Source of the DNA: Anaeramoeba ignava BMAN
Taxonomy: Eukaryota > Protista > Anaeramoebae
Direction of reading: 5' to 3'
Assembly: GCA_028826165.1 (NCBI GenBank)
Contig: JAPDFW010000147.1
Location: 62,001 to 126,000 of the forward strand
DNA: 64,000 nucleotides
A program made the translations under genes and the position numbers. Below are positions 48,313-59,309 of this stretch, piece by piece. Positions within the stretch are counted from its first letter, which is position 1. Each line of letters starts with the position of its first letter. The notes beneath the pieces are model-generated. The model saw only the letters and a list, made by a program, of their open reading frames with translations, was not told where the DNA came from and ran no database searches.

Positions 48313-51300
48313 TCAAAACTTCAAATATAAAAATAATTGATGAAAAAGATTCCGTTCTTCAAGTGTTCGAAATTTTAAATTAAAAATGAAATCTGAAGAA
48401 AATATTTTAATAATATGTGGATCATTTTGATTTTCTTGAATTTGTAAATTATTGATTAAATGACTATAATTTTTTTCGAAAGTGTGAATTCCAACCATTT
48501 TTTTGGAAATTTCAATAGTAACGTTTTCAATCTCATGAAGTTTATTATCAACAATTGAAGCAAGGAATATATTTGATTTGGATAAATTTTCTTTGTTGAT
48601 TTTTTTGTCATCAAGTTGATTTTCTTGGTATACTTGCAAATCAGCCAAACTCCTTGCAATTTTGAATTGGTCCAAAAACAGGAACATATGAAACTGCTCA
48701 TCAAAAACAATGATATATGCGCGGTCTTGGATCTGCAGTTTTACAACGCAAGAATTGCGTTGATTTTTTTGGACACTAATATCACCAGTAAGTTTTTCAA
48801 TTATGGTTTTATTTATGGTTTCGATTATCAATGAGTCATTGAAGCAATAAACCTGGCCTTGGTATTTAGCAGCAAGGTTTTCATCGAGAATTGTTGCAGG
48901 GAACTGTGTCGGATCTTGGTTTTTTACTTTGCGTAAGTCTTTGATTGTTGACAAAAAATTAGTGTGATTTTCAAGACAAGAAAAAAGAACAATATAAGCT
49001 TTATCCGAAAAATGGATTCTCAGAACAAGAGGCTCATCTGGATGGTTCTGCGCGCGTATTTTTTGCACAGAAAGCGAGGTGAGAACACCTTCTTCTTCTG
49101 TTATGAGTTTGAGTACATTTTGCTTAAGAACCAACTGGGCATTTATAAAAGATGATGTTTGCTTATTTACAACCATTACATTCCAAACTATGATTTGTTT
49201 ATTTTTCGCGTTCTCGAGCTCAAGTGTTGTTGATAACGGTGCTATTTCGAATCCGTCCGTTTCTTGTGCGCTTTGCAATCCTGATCTCTTTTGATCCAAA
49301 ATATTCTGGAATGATTTGATTAGATCATGTGCTTGTTCGTCTTTATCAAATTTAATGATAAATTGCTTTTTTTCTGCCTGGAATAGAAGAATATTGTCCA
49401 GTTTATCGTGCTTTGAAATTTGCATGGCTTGTGTAGGGAATTCCAGATTATGCTGGAGATAATTGATCGAGAAAAAAACTGGATCAAATTCGATTCTTGC
49501 GTTTTCATATATTTCTTGTCCAAGATAAATTTTGCCTATAAACACATGTTCTTGTGGATATTCATTTATGAAATGTGGATCATTTCGAATATTGAGTGCT
49601 TCCATTAGGCTCATTTCCTGTTCTTTTTTTTGCTTGTCGTTTTTTTCTGCCTCTTTCTTCTCGACTTGCTCCGATTCCGTTTTCGATTTTTTTCTTTCTT
49701 GTTCTCTTTTTTGATGGAACTGGTCAGTGAAATCCTCCATACTTTCTTTTGTTTTGAACTGAATATAAAAGGGAACCGAGGAGTCGTTGAACTCCATCTT
49801 GCAAATATTCAAGGGAGATCGACCGATAAACAAATTGCATTCCAAAATGTTTTTTGTTTTTTTCTCTTTTCCTGTAAATATGATCAAATTCTCATGAAAC
49901 TTAATTGTGCCATTTATTTTGCTGTTCTCTTTGGAATAGAAAAAAACCTTGAATTTCAACGGCAATTTTTTGGAGTCAATTCTGGCACAAATAGGCGATT
50001 GAATTGGATTTAGATAAGGTTTTGAAAAGATAAGAAACCGATCGCAAAGATGAGTAGATTCAAACGTAATTCGGATATTTTGCGAAATTGGAACCAACTT
50101 GATTTTGACACTTTTGGATTTTGTTGAAAGGAAAATCATTTCTTGAGAAAAATTAAAATCGGTACTTAATTCATTTGTGTGAAAACGAATCCATTCAGAT
50201 CCGTGAATCAATTTTGTGTGCAGCTCTTGTGGATGCTTCTGCATCTTTACAGAGACATCATAAGTTGATTTGACAGTAAACCCAAGAACTCCTGAGATGA
50301 CGTTTTTGCGGAAAGCGGCGAATTTTGCACAGAATTTATTGGCTATGAAATTATCTGCAAACTGAAGTACAAAATACTTTTTTTGATCGATGCAGAGAAA
50401 TCTTGTTGATTTGCGATAGGAAATAGACTCAATCACTGATGTAAATATAGAATATTCTTGAGCAAATTCCTCCTCAAAAGTTTCTAGAAGAAAACGGTCG
50501 TATTTCAATACAACCTGTGCAGGTATTTTTCTCTTTTTTGGTTTAAAAATAATGATTGTTGCACTAAATTGCTCTTCATGAAAAATTGATGATTTTTTGT
50601 TCTCTTTTTCCTTTTCCATTTTTTGCTTGACTCTCTCTTCAAATTTCCCCACAAATTCTCTGCGCAATTCGACATCTGGGAAAACAATATCAATACCACT
50701 TTTTTCATCAATATTTAAATGACTCACAAGATAGTCTTGATTGTTTTCAACTAAAGTGGAATATGCGCTGTATTTTCTTTTTATATGTTGGTCAGTCATC
50801 ACAACTTCCAAATGGTCTGATTCCAAAACAATCTTGGCAATTCCCGAGTATTCTCCGAATGAATCAAGTACGCAAAAATGAAACACATCTGGTAGTATTA
50901 AGATATGACTTTTTTCTTCGTGATTTCTCTTTTTTGCATCATTAAATTCGAAAATACTTCTTTTCGGTTCAGGATCCCCAAAAAAGATTCTGTGTTTTCT
51001 CGTTCTTCTAATTGCTTTTGCCGCTCTAGAAAATACTCAAATGGCAACTCAAGTGTTTTCTTTTGGAAAACAAGAAATGCTGAGAGAATTTTGGTTCTTG
51101 TTTGTGCGTTATTCGCTCGCAAAAATATCCATTTCTGTGGCTCGATTTGAATAGCAAATGTGGAAAGATCGTTCCAATTTAAATATATATGTTGATTTTC
51201 TGAAAATTCCGAAGAAAAAACAACTTCTTTATTAATAAGCACTTGCATTTTTTCGTTTATAAACTGCAATTTGGTTTGATATTCAAAATCCCCAATCAAA

Positions 51301-53233
51301 ACAAGTTTGAATTTTGCTTTCTTATTTTTCCACATACTCATGATCGAAGAAGGAATGGAATCATCATTTTTAATGACAAAATCCTTTTCAACAAGTAATC
51401 CTGAATTTGAGTGATTCAATCTAAACGCGCTTCTTATTTGGACCACTTGGGAGGAGAAATTACTCGCATCAAATTCTGCGAAATAATTTGCTTGATATTG
51501 AATTCTTTGGATCATTGAAGAGACCCAAACATATTTACTTCCCAGAACAAAATGTTGTGGTGCCGCTGTGATTTCTTGGATGGGATAGGATCTAATCTGG
51601 TTTTCAAGCATGTTTCTCTTGTTTTCGTTATTCGTTTCATTTTTTCCAAAATTTGTTTCTGTTTGCTTTGATTTCATTCTTGTAATAATATTACTGAAGG
51701 TAATCACACATTTGTGGATCAAATCCCTCGAAATTTTGGACAAGCAATCAAAAAGAATAATTTTTTTGTCTTCGTTTTGGTTTTGGTTTTGGTTTTCGTT
51801 TTCGTTTTCGTTTTCTTTTTTGTCTTGGTGAATCTGGAGTTTAAGAAACCGATCTTGAACAGGATCGGAAGCAATAAAAGTATTTTTCCATAAAAAGGTG
51901 ATCGAATCAACACCAAAGGATCGAATTTTCAAAGAATCTTGACAGAGCTCCAAAATGGCTGATTCTTTTTGGAAATCTTGCTTTATAATGCTTATTGAAA
52001 ACACTGCATGAGAATTAGTCCAACATCGCAAAGCAATACTTGATATTTCTTCTCCAGTTCCAAGAATTTGTCCACTTATTGAATGAGTTTCTACAAAATC
52101 ACCTGAATAATACTGGAACATTAATACTGTTTTGCAAATCACATAGCATTCTGATGAGTTTCTTGTTTTAACCACAAAGCTATGTTTTGAATCAAAGTAA
52201 ATTCGGAAAAATTCTGAGTTTTTTTCATGGACTTGTATTGTTAAATTTTGTAAATTTGAGTAATCTCTTGATAGTGAAAATAGTCCTTGGAAATATACTT
52301 GGAATAAATTCTTTGATAGTATGATTTTTCCTGGTTTGTGTAATTTGTTTGTTACAACAAAAACAGTGAATTCTGCATGTCCTATTCCAAAAAATCTTTG
52401 AATCATTTTGTGGAGTATTTTTTTTGAGCTTTCTTTTTCGTTGATTTTTGTGTCGAAATCAAGTTTTCCTATATAATCTTCTAGAATAGATTTTGTTTGA
52501 TTTTGTTTTTCATTATCAATTTTGATTTCATTTCCAAAATCATTTCCAAAATCAATTTCAAAATCCTTTCCAAAATCAATTTCATTTCCAAAATTAATTA
52601 AATTTCCAAAATCATTTTCAAAATCAATTTCATTTCCAAAATCCTTTCCAAAATTAATTTCATTTTGATTTTCATTTCCAAAATTAATTTCATTTCCAAA
52701 ATTAATTTCATTTCCAAAATTAATTTCATTTCCAAAATTAATTTCATTTCCAAAATTAATTAAATTTCCAAAATTAATTTCATTTTGATTTTCATTTTGA
52801 ATTTGATTTAAATTCTTTTGTTGATTTTCATTCAAATTCTCTTTAAAATTTCTTTTAAAACTCCCTTTGAAATTTTGCTTTAAATTTTCTTTGAAATTTG
52901 GATTTTCTTTTAATTTATTTAAAATTAATATTAAATCTTCATTATTTAGACCATCTAAATCATTTGGAGAAATTCCATATTTTTGATATTCATTTAAAAT
53001 ATATTGATAATCTAAATTTAAATCAATCCTAGAAAATAAAATAAATTAAATTAAAATAAAATAAAATAAAATAAATTATAAACTTACTTTGAATTTGGAA
53101 AAGAAAAATTTTTTTTAGATTTAGAAAAAAATTCTTGATTTTCTTTTTTTTTTGTTTTTTTGGTTGAATTTAAAGAAAAATATTCAAGAGTTATTATTCT
53201 TGATTTTATATTTTTATTCACTTTATTTTGCAT
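48313..53233 (-). CDS. Large hypothetical protein with ~100-aa tandem PH-like modules (probable frameshift ~50945)
   Basis: Exon 53233-53088, intron, then exon from ~53029. ORFs 50898-52835 and 48313-50886 join with a 1-nt shift. The recurring pattern is beta-strands ending in F/Y-I-x-F...R..F helices. Confidence 0.7.
52520..52800 (-). repeat. Coding 18-bp minisatellite encoding (NEINFG)n
   Basis: TTTCATTTCCAAAATTAA repeats on the + strand; translated NEINFG/NEIDFG/KDFG. Confidence 0.85.
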
Positions 53234-53351
53234 GACGGTTTTTAAAGTTTTAAATTATATATTTTTTAAAAAAAAAAAAGAAAGATAAAAAGAAAAAAGA
53301 AAAAATGAAAAATATTTTTTTATTTTTTTTTTCATTTTTTTTTTAAAGAGA
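53234..53351. promoter_or_regulatory. Putative 118-bp bidirectional promoter
   Basis: AAAAATGAAAAA at ~53301 (minus orientation) and TTTTCATTTT at ~53329 (plus orientation) lie between the divergent ATGs. Confidence 0.5.
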
Positions 53352-56300
53352 ATGATTAGTAAAATAAAATTAGAAGAAATAAATGAAAATTTAGAAAAAT
53401 GGAGAACATATAAATTTACAAATAAACAAAAAAAACCAGAAACACAACATATTATGTTATCTAAACCTTTTCAAACAAAAAGTAAAATTTGAAAAAAAAA
53501 AAACAAATTTAAAATTTAAATTTAATAAAAAAAAATATGAAAATTTAGAAGTTAATAATTTTAATTCACTTGTTGGTTATTTTCCTGATTTGGGATTATG
53601 TTGGAAAGCTCAAAAAAATAAATTATTTTGTTGGTCTTTACACTCTTTAAATTTACTGTTATTATTTTAAATTAAATTATCAAAAAATTTATAAAAAAAT
53701 TTATTATCCTTTTAATTTTTCTTTTATAGAGATAAAGTTATTAGTTTTAATAAACTTAAAGAAAATATAAATTCTGTTGGTTATCTTTCTTTTAAAAATC
53801 CTTATTTCCATATTAAATACAAAAAAATGTTAATAATTACAACTTCAAAACAAATTGCAATTTTGGGATTTTTTTTCCATGAAAATAATTTTCATTTCAA
53901 ACAAAGTAAAATTCAAATTCAAATCAAAAATTAAATTCAATTCAAAAATTAAAATTCAATTCAAAAATTAAAATTCAATTCAAAAATTAAATTCAATTCA
54001 AAAATAAATTAAATTCAAAAATTAAAATTCAATTCAAAAATTCAAATTCAAAAATTAAAATTCAATTCAAAAATTAAAATTCAATTCAAAAATCAAAATT
54101 CAATTCAAAAATTAAAATTCAATTCAAAAATTAAAATTCAAATAAAAAATTAATTCAAATCAAAAATAAAAATCAATTCAAAAATAAAAATCAATTCAAA
54201 AATTAAAATTCAATTCAAAAATTAAAATTCAATTCAAAAATTAAAATTCAATTCAAAAATTAATTCAATTCAAAAATTAAAATTCAAATCAAAAATTAAA
54301 ATTCAAATCAAAAATTAAAATTCAATTCAAAAATTAAAATTCAATTCAAAAATCAAAATTCAATTCAAAAATTAAAATTCAAAAATTAAAATTCAATTCA
54401 AAATTAAATTAAATTCAGAAATTAAATCAATTCAAAAATTAAATCAATTCAAAAATTAATTAAATTCAAAAATTAAATCAATTCAAAAATTAATTAAATT
54501 CAAAAATTAAATCAATTCAAAAATTAAAATTCAATTCAAAAATTAAAATTCAATTCAAAAATTAAAATTCAATTCAAAAATTAAAATTCAAATTCAAAAA
54601 TTAAATTCAATTCAAAAATTAAAATTCAATTCAAAAATTAATTAAATTCAAAAATAAAAATCAATTCAAAAATTAATAAAATTCAAAAATTAATTCAAAT
54701 CAAAAATTAATAAAATTCAAAAATTAAAATTCAATTCAAAAATTAAAATTAAAATTCAAAAATTAAAATTAAAATTCAAAAATTAAATCAATTCAAAAAT
54801 TAAAATTCAATTCAAAAATTAATTCAATTCAAAAATTCAAATCAAAAATTAATTAAATTCAAAAATTAAAATTCAATTAAAAAATAAATTAAATTCAAAA
54901 ATTAAAATTCAATTAAAAAATTAATTCAATTCAAAAATTAAAATTCAAATCAAAAATTAAAATTCAAATAAAAAATAAATTAAAATTCAATTCAAAAATT
55001 AATAAAATTCAAAAATTAAAATTCAAAAATTAAAATTCAAAAATTAAAATTCAAAAATTAAAATTCAATTCAAAAATTCAATTCAAAAATTAAAATTCAA
55101 TTCAAAAATTAAAATTCAATTCAAAAATTCAATTCAAAAATTAAAATTCAATTCAAAAATTAAATCAATTCAAAAATTAAAATTCAATTCAAAAATTAAA
55201 ATTCAATTAAAAATTAAAATTCAATTCAAAAATTAAAATTCAATTCAAAAATTAAAATTCAATTCAAAAATTAAAATCAATTCAAAAATTAAATCAATTC
55301 AAAAATTAAAATTCAATTCAAAAATTAAAATTCAATTCAAAAATTAAAATTCAAAAATTAATTCAATTCAAAAATTAATTCAATTCAAAAATTAATAAAA
55401 TTCAATTCAAAAATTAATAAAATTCAATTCAAAAATTAAAATTCAATTCAAAAATTAAAATTCAATTCAAAAATTAAATTCAAATTCAAAAATTAAAAAT
55501 CAATTCAAAAATTAATTTAATTCAAAAATTAATTTAATTCAAAAATTAATTTAATTCAAAAATTCAAATTCAATTCAAATTCAATTCAAAAATTAAAATT
55601 CAAAAATTAAAATTCAATTAAAAATTAAAATTCAATTCAAAAATTAAAATCAATTCAAAAATTAATTCAAATAAAAAATTAAAATTCAATTCAAAAATTA
55701 AAGTTCAATTCAAAAATTAAAATTCAATTCAAAAATTAATTCAATTCAAAAATTAAAATTAAATTCAAAAATTAAAATTAAATTCAAAAATTAAAATTCA
55801 AATAAAAAATAAATTAAATTCAAAAATTAAAATTCAATTCAAAAATTAAAATTATTTTTATTTTTATTTTTAGTTGATACAATAGTTAACAAAGAAGAAA
55901 TTATATTTTCTCAAATTGAATCTTCAAATGATGGAAGAGTCTTTTTATCAGGAAATGATGGCCATATTTATGAACTTGTTATTTCTCATGATTTCACAGA
56001 TTTTCAACTTAAAAATTTAACAAAAAATATTATGGAATCATTTTTCAACAAAATTCCTTATTTAAATCATATTAAAAAACCAAATGAAAATGTTCTTAAG
56101 ATTTTTATTGATAATTCAAGAAATCTATTGTATAGTTTGGATTCAAATGATATCATAAAAGTTTATGATATTCAAAATGAAGATTCTGCCCAATTAAATT
56201 CATCACAAAATTTCATTGAAGTTTTTGTTTACAAAAATCTTGTTAAAGATACAATCAATTTCTTGGAAAACAAAAAAGAAATAGACCTAGAATATCAATC

Positions 56301-59064
56301 ATTCAATATTGTTAATTTACATTGTGTAGAATACAATTCAAAGGAATCTTTGCATCTTCTTGCGTTAACATCTCTAGGTCATGTGATTTATTTAGCCGGA
56401 AAAGAAAAAATCAATTATCATTTCTCTAGTTTATATGGATTCCAAATTACTGATGCTGCCTATATTTTTTTAAATCAATTTTTCCATCTTGATAATATTA
56501 AAGATAACTTTTCATTTAAAGAATATCCAAGTATTCTTGATTTTTATTCAGAATTCGAAAATTTTTTCACTTCCAATTTACAAGAAATGAACCAACCAAT
56601 TTTATTAGAACCAATTTTATCTTTTCATCCCATTTCTCCTTTTTTTTCGTTAAAAATACAAGATTTTGCTAATTTATTATTTCATTCAAAAACACAAAAA
56701 AATAATCATGTTATTCAGAACAAAAAACCACAATTAAATTTTTCTAATATTGATGAAGAAAATGAAAATATTGATATTGATATTTCAAATGATTTATATG
56801 ATTTTGATTTAAAGGAAGATGACTTTATTAATCAGGCATACTTCCATTTTAAGCAATTTGTTTGTTTTTCTCAAAATTCAATTTATTTTTTGAAAAGTTT
56901 TTATCCTGTGGATTTTCTATCTTCTGTTTTAGAAAGAAATTACCCTTTATCAATCATTTTAGAAGAATATCAAACTGAAGAAATTCAAGCAATGTGTTTG
57001 ATAATCATTATTATGAGAAGAAAAGAATTACCCCAAGAAGTTATTCGGAAAGCAACAGCGTTATATTGGAAAGAATATAAAAAATCTGATTCAAATTCAA
57101 TTTGGTTATTTATTGAAATTTTGTTGAAATTTATTTGGAATTTCTCAGTTTTTTCTTCTCAAATAACATTTAATAAGATTGATTATAATTTGAATGTTCC
57201 AGAAATGGAGATTTCACCCTCAAATGTTCCATATCGTGGATCTGTTGATTGGGAAAATGTTTTAAAGGATTCTTTTTATCTTGATCATCCAGAACTTGAA
57301 TTTTCTCATGAAAAATTTCAATTGAACTTCTCAAGTAAGCAGCTTTATATATTTTATGATTATTTCCAACAACTGAAAATGTTTATGATTTCAAAGAAAA
57401 GTGTCCAATTCCCAAATTTGGTTCTTAAATTTATCGAGAATTTGATTTATACTTTTGATTTACTTCTACATATCTCAGATAATGTCGATATTCTTCAAGA
57501 TATCACTCACCAAAAATATAAGAATTTGTTTAATCTTCCATTTAAACTTTTCGCATTTGATCAAAAAGGATTGAAATTGCAAAACATTCTTATAAAAAAG
57601 CTTCAACAAAAAAATGTTTTTGATTTGGATCATCGTTACTTCAAAGATACTGAAGGTTTTAGTTTAGGATTTTATTATCTTTTTGATGAAAGCAACCAAG
57701 ATATCGAAGTTGCTATGAAAATCTTCCATCAATTCATTTCTGATGCTCATATTTTCAAGCTAGAAATGTGTGGAAATACTTTGTATAATATGGGTTTATA
57801 TAAAGAAATAATAGGTTTATTTTATCATAAAATACAAGTTCTTGATCCTCAAAATTTATTCAAATATACATTACTTGATAATTTTCAACTAAAAAATTTA
57901 AAAAATGAAAATGATTTAATTTCTTCTCAAGAAATTACAAATCGAAAAATCATAAACCAAATTTATCAAAATTTATTATCCTTTTATATGCAAAACAATG
58001 AATTATTCCAAATTGAGATGCTTTATTTCCTTGTTAAAGATGATACAAGGCTTGATTTAAGAAATTATTTTTCACAGAAGCTATTTGAAGCAAACAATCC
58101 TCAAAAAAATTCATTTCAAGTTGTTTGGAATTTAGAATTATTTTTGATTAGTTTAAAAAAATTTGAGAAAATTTCAAGTGAAAAAACAAAGTATGAAATG
58201 ATAAGAAATAAAATTAAATCAAAGATATTTATATTACAAGAAATACAGATACCATTAATTAAGGAAATTTCTAGAATATATTTAGATAAAGATGAAAATG
58301 AAAATGAAAATGAAAATGAAAATGAAAATGAAAATGAAAATGAAAATGAAAATGAAAATGAAAATGAAAATATTGAAAATGAAAATGAAAATGAAAATGA
58401 AAATGAAAATGAAAATTTAATTGAAAATGAAAATGAAAATGAAAATGAAAATAAAAATCAAAATGAAAATTTAATTGAAAATGAAAATTTAATTCATTAT
58501 CAAAAATCTATTGAATTACTTAAAACAAACATTTTTGAAATTAATCAAATAATTTATGATTTTTTAGTACCATTAAATATTTGGAATTTCTTCTTTAAAT
58601 TCATTGACCTTAATATGAAAAAATCAAAATGGGAACAATTTTTCATTCTTATTTGTAAAATTAACAAGCATGGTTTTCTTATTAAAGAATTTTTAATTAA
58701 TTCGATGAAATCAATTCCAAATTTAATTCCAAATTTTCTTCAAATTTCTTTTCAAAATAATATTCAAATTTTTGCCTTTTCTGTTGATTTTTTAATGAAA
58801 AATTATCAAGAAATTATTCCAGAAATTTCAAGTTTGTTTTCTTCTATTATAACAACTTCAATTGAATTGAATTCACAAATATTTTGGGAATCTTTTATAA
58901 ATTTTATTTATTTTTCATCTCAAAGTGGATTTTTTAACAAAAATTTTCAAAAAGAAATTATATTATTAATTTCACAAGTTGAATTGATTTTAAATCAAAA
59001 AATGGATTCATTTTCAAATGAACTTTTATCAAAATTTGATAAAATCAAAAAAGAAATTCAATAA
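53352..59064 (+). CDS. NUP155: Nucleoporin Nup155/Nup170-like
   Basis: Exons 53352-53481, 53549-53657, 53730-53905, 55874-59064. Motifs GYFPDLGLCW..KNKLFCW, DGRVFLSGNDGHIYEL, IFIDNSRNLLYSL..IIKVYDI, HLLALTSLGHVIYL match the Nup155 beta-propeller; an alpha-solenoid-like C-terminus follows. Confidence 0.82.
53906..55850. repeat. Intronic ~19-mer satellite (AATTCAAAAATTAAAATTC)n in NUP155
   Basis: About 1.95 kb array inside intron 53906-55873. Confidence 0.95.
58292..58490 (+). repeat. Coding (GAAAAT)n repeat encoding poly-(EN) in NUP155
   Basis: In-frame hexamer run within ORF 56032-59064. Confidence 0.9.
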
Positions 59065-59309
59065 AAAAAAAATCATTTATAAAAATTAGATTTTTTTTTT
59101 AACAAGAAAAAGTATGACATTAACAAGAAATAAAATTTAAAAAAGATTATTTTTTTTCATTTTATTTTTTCAATCTAAAAAAGATCTTTTTTTAAAAAAA
59201 TTTTTTTAGATTTTTTGGATTTTCATTTTTTTTCTCTTTCCAAAAACAAAACAAAAACAAAAAGAAAAAGAAAAAATAATTAATAAGATTATTTTATTAT
59301 TTTAAATTT

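Noticed and set aside
1090-50950. Programmed frameshifting or alternative genetic code to explain breaks at ~1095, ~12870 and ~50945
   Set aside because: These are single-base indels in or next to homopolymers or repeats, typical of long-read consensus error. No slippery-site-plus-structure was seen, and all three stop codons behave normally elsewhere.
53630-53730. Possible U12-type or non-canonical intron in NUP155 (TATCCTTTT near 53705)
   Set aside because: A canonical GT (53658)-AG (53729) intron restores the frame, and there is no RTATCCT at a donor position.
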